Source: Leptogorgia sarmentosa (lineage: Eukaryota). Taken from it: 64,000 bases of DNA. The position numbers and the translations under genes are program-made. Under the pieces are notes generated by a model that was not told where the DNA came from, made no database searches, and saw only the letters and a list, made by a program, of their open reading frames with translations. Shown in pieces: positions 39,825 to 51,204 of this stretch (its first letter is position 1; each line of letters begins with the position of its first letter). The DNA lies in NCBI GenBank assembly GCA_964658305.1, contig OZ210885.1, positions 3,100,001 to 3,164,000 of the forward strand, written 5' to 3'.

Positions 39825-42442
39825 TACCTATTTCCTATTTCATAACGAATGGGCAACGGTAGCGAATCTCACGAGGCGCCGGGCGAGGAAATTTTGAACG
39901 TTTAGGACCTCTGCATTGCGCGAAACAACGCATTCAGAGTACTAACTCCATTTTCTTGGTACGCTCATTCAGACGGACGACTGAGGATTGTTGACATCAC
40001 CTTAATGCACAGATTTTTGCCGGAATTATGCCCAAAAATGTACCCAGTTGCTCCCCCCCCCCTGCCTCGTACGCCTATGAATGGGAAGTTGGGAACGCTA
40101 AATTCGGCTGTCTGCTAAAACAACGATGTTTGAGAGCACGTCAGGTGATTGACATCATTGGCGGGCACGAGCAGCATTGCGGGCATATCGCCGCCAAATC
40201 TACTACCGTATTTATTATTTCTTTACTCGTTTGTAGTTTCAGCGTTGCAGGAATTGGGGGGCCGCGCTTTTCAGAAAGATTTATTCGTACTTGGTACCAG
40301 GGGTCTTTAGTCCCCCCCCCCCAATTATTTCCAGACGTTTTGTTCAATTATTGTTAGGTTTCTATATTTGGTTGGTTAGAAATCATATAAAAGGCCGATT
40401 CACGATGTCAGCCACGCCCCACCAACAAGCCTTTCCACCAAAAAGACCACTACCGGCACGACAGAGGTTCCATTTTCTGAGCTACAGTACATGCGTTCTG
40501 TATATGATCATTATTGTGGTGGTAATTCTCAAAATTTGCTAGGACATCACACGCCCTCCCGCATCCCCCCACCCAGCCCCTCCCCCTAAACGAAGTGTGC
40601 CTCATCTCCATTGTCGTTCTGATGTCGTGCTTTGTGTTGTGTCGTTTATGTTGTGGTCATAAGCTGCTACAATCACATTCAGATGTTTCGGGACAGATAC
40701 CCATCATTTCCTGAAACGTCAATCCCCCTTGCTCCCATTTCAATGTTGCGTTGTAGTTAGCAATTGTGTTTTGCGTACAATAATGTATGTATTGCAAACA
40801 CAACATTGAATGGGGTGGGGGAGGGGAGGGGTGTTATTAGTGTCTGTAATTATTAGCACAATGCCACTGATGTCCTCGCCCCTAGAGAAGATCTCAGGCG
40901 GACTGGTGGTAAGTTTAGGTTCGATCTTGTGCACAGAATGACAATAACCGGAAGGGCAACCCATCAGTGCAATATGTGCCCCTATTTTTGTGAGATTTAC
41001 TGGAGAGAATAATTGGCCAGATCAGCATTTCTATGGGCGAGAAACGGCAATTGACTCTCGGCTTACACTTGCAACTTCCACTGGGATTTCTTCTTTTGAT
41101 TGATGTGAATGAGTAAACCAGTTACGAATGCTTGGATGAGGGTTGAGGAGACCTTCACTCAGAACTTTCATTGTTATTTCACTCATTCACATCCCTTTAA
41201 AGGAGAAAATCGGTCGTTGCCACGGCTTGGATGAGGATTGAGGAGACCTTCACTCAGAACTTTTACGGTTATTTCACTCATTCACATCCCTTGAAAGGAG
41301 AAAATCGGTCGTTGCCGGCTGGGGCTAGAACGTTAATTGGGGGTGGTTAACGTTCTAGCGCCGGCCCTGTTCGTTGCTCTGTAGATAGTTGAACCATTCT
41401 GACTCGACCTGCATGGCGGCAAGACGAAGATATAATTTTACGCGTTTGTTATCATCTGGGGCCGGTTGTATCAAAGGCGTTTAGCTTAAACGGTGGATAA
41501 GCAAAAAATATCAATCAAGTTTATGAATTGCAGACTACAAGCAAACTAAACTTTTCCGTCAAAACATAACAACAAATCAACAATGCATCGAACTACACAT
41601 TTAGTTGATAAAATTTGAGTTGAATTATTTACAAAATGAGTATACGTAGGAACTAGGAAGGTTTTTAAAATTTACTTCTCCACCGAAGCTAAACGCCTTT
41701 GATACAACCGGCCCCTGCATCTTAAACGGTAGAAAACTAAAATTTATATTAAATTACATTCCTATTTGTCTTGTGAATGATAACTGATGTGTACACAAGT
41801 GTCCTTCACCGAAATGAGAAATTTTATTTTCATTGATCAATAATGACAGAATTGCTTTGTATTCTGGACTTATCAATGGATAACCGTTAACTTCTTAAGC
41901 CAAACGGGCTATGAATAACCGTCCCCGGCCCAGAGGTGTAATGTTAACGGACCCACGCTTAACTAACAACAAAAGAGTGATTCTATATAGATTGAGGTAA
42001 CTTGGAGCACCGAGTGTATGTAAGAGTTAACAACCAATCTTCAATTATATATATTTTTACAAATTTTTAAGAACTATTCAATTTTTAATTGTGGCAGGTG
42101 CATCTATAATGCTTGCAACGGAACGCATGCTTCCCTTGGTAAATATTTTTCGACCCACATGGCAACACTCAACTAATTTTTTCAACTGCGAAATTCTTTA
42201 ATAAAACATTGAAAAATTTATGACCTAAAATTCAGCTTATATAGCTATACAGGATGTGCGGAAAAATGCACAAATGCTCAAAATTCAAAAACAACTTTTA
42301 CCAAAGGTAATGACATAGGAAAGAACGTATTATGCAGAAAAATATTCATTTCTTAAATTGTTAATTTTTGTGTTAAATGAGGTTTTTATGCCAGCACGGC
42401 TATACCCGGGCTGATGAGTTATCAGTTACATGCATGAATATT

Positions 42443-42626
42443 CAGGGCCGTCGCTAGAAAATTGTCGTTAATTGGGGGGGGGGGGTGTATATTCATATAT
42501 TCATGTTCTGCCCGACTAATTTCTTTTGAAATTAACTTAAAAACAAAAGAAATCCGTCGGGCATAGCACGAATATATGAATATACACCCCCCCCCCCCCC
42601 CAAAAAACGCTCTAGCTACGGCCCTG
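42443..42626. mobile_element. hAT-type MITE (CAGGGCCG family; related copies at ~16167-16328, ~41315-41370 and starting at 63967)
   Basis: TIR CAGGGCCGTCGCTAGA / TCTAGCTACGGCCCTG; perfect TSD TGAATATT. Absent at the paralogous sites in units A and B. Confidence 0.85.
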
Positions 42627-45600
42627 TGAATATTTTTTTACCGGCGCCGTGAAGTCAGATCCCACCTAAGAGGGGTAGCCCGGTTTGCATGTGAAGTCGA
42701 ATTGTTTTTAATAAAAAATTTCTATGAAGCTGGGCGCCTCGTTAAAAAGGGCAAGCCTCACCGGACTCATGTAAACAGCCCCTAATTAAATCGGTCAAAA
42801 ACGACTTTAGTCATCACACTAAAGTACTAAAATCGAACTGGTTTATAATTACATGCATACATTTTGTTTTAATGTCTCCATGCATGTGTTTAAACATGCA
42901 TAAGTTTAGGTATTTTATTTTAAGGATTGTTTTGTTCTCGTTTATATCGTCGCTATAACATATATATATATATTATAAGTTTCTGACTGGCAATTTTTGA
43001 TCTAAATTCATGAATTTATTAATTTCATGACTCTTTAACAACTTTCCAGCTCACTGAGCTTGTTGCTATGTTAGAAAATATTTGCGAAGGGATGCACGTT
43101 TCGTTGCGAGCACTTTTGCCACACCTGCCGCATTTAAAATTCAGGGTCCCTGTTGGGAGCTTAATCGTATTGTAAAAGGCTGTAAATAGAGGAATTAAAG
43201 ATGGTTAAAAATGACTTTTGAGTAATTCTCAGTTTCACGGTCAAACGAAACTAATTAGCCAACACGTGTTTATAAACCACAAGCATACATTTTGTTTTGG
43301 CGTCTGATTTCAAAATTAGGTTTAAAAGTTTCTGTTCCCGCGTTTATTGAGAATTCCACTCCCAGAAATAAGGCGCAATGTTCTGATCTTGTCTTGCGAC
43401 CACACGAGCCCGAAGGGCGAGTTGAGTTTCTCCCAAACTTGCATGAGTGTGTACACATGGAAACATGGAAATTGTTTTCTATTCCTTGAATACTAAATAT
43501 TCAAACGTTCTAAATAGACAACTGTTTTTATTAAATGGGTTTTTCTTCCAACGGATTTAGGAATAAAATTGAGTAGACAAATTACTGAAAGGAATTATAA
43601 GTTGATCATGGACAGTGAGTCCTGTGTTGCAGAATCTAAAGTAGCTAAACTCGAACTTTGTTTAGGTCAAATGTTTCTCTTCAGCTGACGAACATCAGCT
43701 CACGAGAGTGAAAGGTTTTTCAGGCAGAATGAGGCAATAATCGAAAGAGTGATTTCCAGTTGTGTTTAGAAAATTTGTTGGAATTTACATGTATTTTAAT
43801 GTTTGATGGTTGCATGTGTACAATATGTGTAAGGGGGCGGAGGTTGAATGATATCTCTTGTATTGTCGACATTTCTCTACTGTAACGCTAAGGTAGTCGG
43901 TACGATATCGAAGTTAGTCTGACTGGCAAATTAATTTTGATATAGATTCATAACTTTCTGGATTTCATGATTTTTCGTGACCTTCTGGCTGAAAAAGTCG
44001 ACGAGCTTGTTGCTATGTTGGAAAATATTTGTAGAGGGAAGCACGTTCCGTCGCAAGCACTTTTGCTGCACCTGCATCTTTTCAGACATTTGGCAAATGG
44101 ACCGATTGCATAATAGACAAAATTTTGAAAAATTTCAAAAGATAAAATTTATCATAACAGCGTTAAAGAAAAGCCTAAAGTTAGTAAGAATGCAAATTTT
44201 CGTTGCGAAATGTTTGAAAATGTGAGAAATATATCCCTATGTATATATTTTAGTATTACGCACGCAAATTGATACCCTTGTTTCGATAAGTTCATTCAGC
44301 CAGCGGTATAATCGATCAGTCCCTGCATGGAAAGTTCACTTTGTAAAATGTTGCAAAAGAAAAAAAGAGGATGGTTAAGAAATACTTGTGCTTAACCCCT
44401 AGTTTCAACGTCAGTAGTCAATCATCAACTAAACTTAAAAAAAAATTACGTTGGCATATAATATAGGCTACATGCATATACCTTTTGTTTAAGTTTTCTG
44501 TTGAAAAGATTGTTTTTGTTTCCATTTATAAGAAAAGTTTCTCGATCAGGCATAACTAAGGCACATTGTTTTGAGCTTGTCCTGGGTGCAAGCCTTGTTT
44601 TTACAATGGAAAAATAAACATCTGATCTTCTCGACGAAACAATTCCCATTATATAGACCAGTTTTTTTGTCGACACTATTCCAGACGTAAAAACGAAATT
44701 CCAGCAAAGATCCTTTCAAAAGTAGTAAAATTTCAAAATTTGGTTATAAAATATGTTGCAATATGGGGAAAATACAGTCTTACAAAGTGGATATATAGCC
44801 TTGCAAATTCTCTCATTAATTATTTTGTTGCAAGCGGAAATTCGGATTCCCACCACAAATGTGGTTGTAAAAATTCCTTCAAAAAATCTCATTTTTATTG
44901 CTTAGATCAAACCTTTTTCTACCATGGAAAATGTCTATTAATCGTTGCCGTAGTAACAACTGCATTGTATTTCATTGAGAGTGTGTATTGAACTTGTTTA
45001 TAATTTGCATATGTCTAGTCATGCTTTATGCACTATCTCGCTTAACTTAATCCCGCTCAATTTTTATATCCAGAATAACGAAATATCATTCCTTATTAAT
45101 CCCTAATCTATTTCAATTGGCCGAGCACGCAATAATCATCACTATAATGTCGGTTCTGGCAAACACCGGCCTTGTAGATTCTTTTAGCGAGGTAAAAAAT
45201 AATCGAATGCTGCACAAACATTTCTCATGTTGAAAATATTTACACACATAAACACATTTCGCTTTTCGCTGCAATTTCCGGGTTATTTATATAACTGTGA
45301 GTAAATTTCAGTACTTTTCATAATACCATTTTAAACGTCAACTTCATTCCATGCAAGTGGGGGAAAGTGAGACAAATGAATTGTAAGTAGTACAGACAGT
45401 GGATGTTGTTGATGAAAAGAGGCAGCTAGGTGACCGGGACGAAGACTTTTCCAGACTTTTTAAAATGAAACTTTACGCCAAGCACTTTACGCAAAGAAAC
45501 CCGCAGTCTACTCAACAATTCAAGGTTAGATATTGCAACACTTATATCTGACAGTCTATACTGGCATGACAGATTGAAGAGGTCACGATTTCATGCCATG

Positions 45601-45694
45601 TCCAAGAATATAAAAATAGCCCAGCATCCTCCAACCAAAGAGAAATGTTTTGGGGAATCAATATCTTTGGAGTTCATCGAATGTTGCTATAAAA

Positions 45695-48600
45695 ATGAAT
45701 TTTCTTGGAATATTTCTGGTGATGTTTCCAATGTCTGCTGCAGTGAAACCTGTTTCCAAAGACGGAAAGCCGTGCACGTTGAGACACTTCAAGAAGGCCA
45801 GCTCGGGTAAGTATTTTTCATATTTTTTATAGTTTCTTGTGCGCTCCACTAATGACTAAGTTTTGCTGGCACGTTATACGTTCAGCCAAGGTTCAGTAAA
45901 ATCAGTGCGCATTTAAGATGGCATAGTTGCTTGAACTCGCTTGCATGACATGCTTTAAGATGTAGTTACAACGCCTCACAGTTACCTGTCCTGTTAGTAT
46001 ACCGGTATTGCAGTAGTAATTTAAAAATTCATTTTTCAAAACATCATACGAATATTTTATGTTTACGAAAAAGTTAATATTTCTAATAATACGGAAAATT
46101 TGAAAGAAATATTTAAAAAATATTGGAAAATGGGAAAAATAGTTTAAGAGAAATGTAGATTGATTGCTTTAACAATTTCGAGATTATAAACGAGTTAAGT
46201 TAAGTTAAGTTAAGTTAAGTTAAGTTAAGTTAAGTTAAGTTAAGTTAAGTTAAGTTAAGTTAAGTTAAGTTAAGTTAAGTTAAGTTAAGTTAAGTTAAGT
46301 TAAGTTAAGTTAAGTTAAGTTAAGTTAAGTTAAGTTAAGTTAAGTTAAGTTAAGTTAAGTTAAGTTAAGTTAAGTTAAGTTAAGTTAAGTTAAGTTAAGT
46401 TAAGTTAAGTTAAGTTAAGTTAAGTTAAGTTAAGTTAAGTTAAGTTAAGTTAAGTTAAGTTAAGTTAAGTTAAGTTAAGTTAAGTTAAGTTAAGTTAAGT
46501 TAAGTTAAGTTAAGTTAAGTTAAGTTAAGTTAAGTTAAGTTAAGTTAAGTTAAGTTAAGTTAAGTTAAGTTAAGTTAAGTTAAGTTAAGTTAAGTTAAGT
46601 TAAGTTAAGTTAAGTTAAGTTAAGTTAAGTTAAGTTAAGTTAAGTTAAGTTAAGTTAAGTTAAGTTAAGTTAAGTTAAGTTAAGTTAAGTTAAGTTAAGT
46701 TAAGTTAAGTTAAGTTAAGTTAAGTTAAGTTAAGTTAAGTTTTGTGTCTGTGTTTTTTCACAGGAAACCAAGCACTTCGTCCATCAAACTTGATCTCAAG
46801 TCACAACGTTGATCTTTTGGCAGAATGTCATCTTCACTGTGTAAATGCAGGCAATTGCTACGGTTATAACTTCAGAGTCAGACCTAGCAGTATTTATACA
46901 GTCAACTGCCAGTTGAGTAACAGCTCCGTGAAAATGAACATGACAAAGATGAAGAATGGATCTTGGAATTTCTACGAGGATGTTTTGGTAAGAATAATAT
47001 AACCAGCAAATGATCCTATATTCCACGAAAATTCGGCCTTCATTAAACTCATCGCTGAACAATTCTCTTACCGTAAATTTTGTCACCCTATAGGTCACTA
47101 ACGGTAAGCGAAAATTATGAATTAATGCAGAGTCCTTCAATACAGGTAAACGCATAAATAAATACATGCATAAACTTTCTACGTATATATTTAAAGATGA
47201 GAAAACATTGAACTTTTCAAGCAAAGGATCTTCTTGGGAGGATAGTTGTCAATGCTAAGTTGAATTTTGTTGTATCGTTTACATAGTTGACGGAAAATTG
47301 ATGTACTATAATGCCAGGGCCGGATTAAGATCGCGCGGGGCCTGTGGCAGATGTTCAGCGCGGGCGCGGGGCCCCTTAATTATTAATTACACATAATTGT
47401 TGAATTATATTAGTCGGGGTATATCACACATTACTGCAATTTCAGGGGCGTAGAGGTAGCAATCTACGGGCAGGGCGCTTCAGATAAAATTCGGGCCCAT
47501 GAGAAAGTAAAGTTGGCGACTGTGAAGTGTGAAGTTTCCAGACAAACTTGCTGCCGGTGTAACGTTTTGGAATTAGACTACGCAATCATTTGCAGTATCT
47601 GCGGCATTGTGTAGATGACGGATAGCAACATCAACAACTAACAAAAGTTCTAGTCTGTACTTTAATGATATAAACAGATTTGACGTTCGAGCAAAGGTCC
47701 ACTGTCGGAAGTACTTACAGTCTAAGGGGGGGGGGGGGGGGGGGTTCAAGGTAAAGAATTTAATTACGTGCACGTTATCCACAATAGTTTTGCCAATGAG
47801 CCTTCAATAAGTATAAGTAACATCATAAGTATCAATGGTCACAAACGTTTATTTATCTTCTATCTTCTAGTATTTTTTACTGATACTTCATTCATTCAAA
47901 TTTACTTCTCCATTCTTGTGCCTTTTTTCCCCATTGAAGGCCCTGTTTAACAATTTAACTTCGCACATTTTGTTTCACTTCGTCATTTGCTGCCAGAAAT
48001 TTGTGAAACAGAGAAAAATCAATTTGGACGTTACTTTTTATTTTTTCAGACATTGACGAATGTTCTGAAGGCAGCCATGGCTGTCGCGCCGACGCAACAT
48101 GTGTCAACACTCCAGGATCATACAACTGCACATGTCCCAGTGGGGCATATATTGCCAGAAACAAATATTGCCAGAATCTCAAAGGTGATTTATTGTTTAG
48201 ATCAGAGTGTGGAGATGTGTTTCCATGTTTGGAAGGAACGTTAAATTCCTTTATCTTTAAATCATAGCTTAATAATAATAATGACAATAATATATATTTA
48301 TATTTACTCAGTCGAGTCAGGGATATTGAAAAATGAACCAAATGAATTCGAGAATAAGTTGAGAGAATGGTTGCCAAAGACAGGAAATTGGAGCATTTGT
48401 TGGAGAGCAACGCGGGATGGTTGGGCTGGGAGTACATTTCATTCAAAATGTGATGGAAAATCACCAACCTTAACTATCGTTCAAGTTATCAACAACAATA
48501 AAACATATGTTTTCGGTGGTTATGCTACTGTGTCATGGAAGCGCTATTACAACTGTAAGTTTGAACTATGATTATAAGAGTTATAACCATGTATATATCA

Positions 48601-49862
48601 GGTTCTTCTCTTCGCTCCATCTTAACTGACTCTTACTTTTATTAATTGGATTTGTTACCTGCATGGTCCGGCAATGACTACAATTATTGTGATACAGAGA
48701 TTTGTTGATCAAATTGGACAAAAACACGATAAGAATCTGCTAAAAGTTTGTCTCAGGCTTCAAGGTGAAAAATCTGAATGCGTTATCATGCATTTTGATA
48801 CATGCATGACATTTTGTTTAAATCCCGGCGTTATTTATGAATGTACAGTGCCCTGTAGTATAAAATAAATTGCCAGACTGCCAGTATATATACCATGATA
48901 TTATACCTCAAATTCAAATTGTCCAATGGAAAAACGGTGTTCGTACCACGTGACAATGAGATTTTTTAAGGTATTTCAATCAATTCAGTGATTTTTCAAC
49001 TGAACGGTGAATTCAGAGGGTAATTCCAATTTATATTCCCCTCGATTTGACCTTTGATCTTAGAAATCATCCTACGGTCTAGCCTGCTTTGTGCGGGCAA
49101 TTTCTTGAGCAGCATGGCCGACAACAACGTTGAAAATGAACTGAAACTTTACTTAAATAAAATTTTCGGTATAATATATCAATTATCTACCTTTCACTCG
49201 GGGTATTTCACAAAAAATTACCCCTTGGAATGAATTTTTTTGTGAAATACCCCTCGTTCCAGGTCAATAACTGATAAATAGCGTATTTCCGAATTTTGTC
49301 TTTTAAACATATGTAGATATCCAGTTAAATTTTCAAAATATAATATGAACCACCAGACTTTTTAACTTTGGTTTACAGGACTTTCCATAATTTCAATTTA
49401 ATGCCTGAATGAGGTAGATTTTCGGGATTGCTTTGAAACTGATGATCTTTATCACGACTGAAATACCCGATTACTAAGAGACAGAGCAGTAATCATATCT
49501 GACCCAGGATTGTTGTGTTTATTTTGACAGATGGTTGGTCATCTGCTCCAGAATCATTTTTGTTTTCTCTGCGCAATAACGATGACCTTCCACCTTTCAA
49601 GGCTCCGCTGAAAGACGAGAATGACAGGTATGCAATTTGGTGTCACAGTGGACATGGACCACTATTTGGTGCGGGTTACGACTTGTACATTGTCAGCAAT
49701 GCGAAATCAAGCACCAACTCCTTCTCGAGGCTTGGTCGCACCTACCAAGCTCCATCTGGATACACTTACGACCAACCCAACACACGATCCCTCCTGGCAG
49801 GAAGCCATACCTTCACTGCATCAGAAGTCGAAGTCTTATATCTAAATTTAAAACCTACTTAA
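45695..49862 (+). CDS. Secreted PAN/Apple - 1x EGF-Ca - TLDc protein, array copy 3 (~351 aa)
   Basis: Exons 45695-45806, 46764-46987, 47094-47103, 48050-48184, 48312-48554, 49531-49862; 1056 nt, open frame. The C-terminus is extended by LKPT because the paralogous TAA reads TTA here. Confidence 0.88.
46195..46739 (+). repeat. (TTAAG)n microsatellite, ~109 units, in intron 1 of copy 3
   Basis: Perfect pentamer array seen directly. Confidence 0.97.
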
Positions 49863-51204
49863 ACAATGCCATAAGGTAAATAATTTTAACATAAAGCAGA
49901 ATATACCGAAAATGATTTGAAAAAAAGCCTACTCCCAGGTAATCTCCATGATTGTAAAACACACCTCAATCAATTTTATGATTTAGGGAACTTTATTAGG
50001 GAACATAAAATTTCCGTGTCTAAAAGTCGTAGCAATATATAAAGACTTCTTCCTAAAATACATAACAGCCCTAGACGTTTATTGGATCATTTACAGTAAT
50101 TTTTTATAGAAAAGTAGATAATGTTTTGCTGTTGTAGCTATATCCAGCCACATTATGATGATAGATAGAATGGAATTCGTCCATGAAATATTGTAGAAAT
50201 GCCTCAACATAACTAAAGAAAGGCAATAATTAACTAGACAAACACTCATACACTCGACCAAATAGACAAACACTGTAGTATTAACATTGTATAATTATGG
50301 GTTAATTTGTTAAATAAAAATTTGGGAAAATCGTAGTTGTTTAAATATGTATCAAGAATTGTTTTACAATAATTGAACTGTACAACCAAACATGATCTAC
50401 AAAAAAGTCCGTAAACTCGAAACCGAGGCTGAATCGCAAATGAACAAAAACGACATCGTGCTGTAAGATGACATGTTTTTGAGGTATGTTTGATTTTTCA
50501 ATTGCATTTAATTTTTTTATTTTTGTGCATGGAATTAGAATTCAATACGAGTTTTTTTAAGCCCCAGGTTTGAATAGTGCTTTTTTATATCATTTGTATC
50601 GTGAACATTTTTTTAAATATCAAGCGGGGTTCTATTTATTAATTAAATAATTATTGCTCAATTTGAATGAATCCGAAAACCCACCAAAGATGCAATTAGT
50701 TTAAGAACTTTTTTACGGCATTTCTTCAAAAAATGTAACAGAATGTCGATCGTTTCTGCTAGAATAGACTAGCATGCATACATCGTTTTATCTATGTTTA
50801 GGTTTTGAAAAAGAACCTCGGAAAAATTGCATTCTTGCCGGTATTCATTTCCTTGGTTTGGAACAACCGCGAAAAATTTGAACAAACTGAAATTAAGTCA
50901 TAACGCATCAGAATTCTAGGACTAGAAGACTAGCTTTTTCAGTCGAAATATATTCTTTAGCCTCTATCGGAAATGCTTTTTTTCATTATTCTCTCTAGCT
51001 ATAAGAAACGGGCAGGGGTGGGGGGTTCATATATTTGGCAAGTTTAAGAATTTGTTTTACATTTTCGACTCAGGAAACGTCGAAGGCGAGGCATAATTCA
51101 CTGCGAGACAACATTTTGGTTCATTGCAATACTTTAAGAGAAACAGTGCCACATTCAGGGGCCCTACAAAAGGGGGGGGGGGGCATCCAGCAGATCATAC
51201 ACAG

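Larger units (their letters stand above)
39853..51168 (+). repeat. Segmental duplication unit C (contains copy 3)
   Basis: Begins with GCAACGGTAGCGAATCTCACGAGG, identical to 14074. The 3' tail matches the tail of unit B. Confidence 0.85.

Noticed and set aside
21980..46739. (TTAAG)n arrays as CRISPR or telomeric repeats
   Set aside because: There are no spacers or cas genes, the arrays are intronic, and the unit is neither TTAGGG nor TTAGG.
27224..49862. Diversity-generating retroelement-like pattern (first two codon positions vary, third C/T fixed) in the TLDc exon
   Set aside because: No reverse transcriptase or template repeat is visible in the window, and several variants (TGG, AGG, GCG) do not fit adenine-only mutagenesis of AAY codons. 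Positive selection on recent duplicates explains the pattern.
14074..51168. Tandem units as uncollapsed haplotypes
   Set aside because: The three units differ in exon number, TE content and many coding positions, which is more than two alleles can explain. Long-read confirmation is still advisable.
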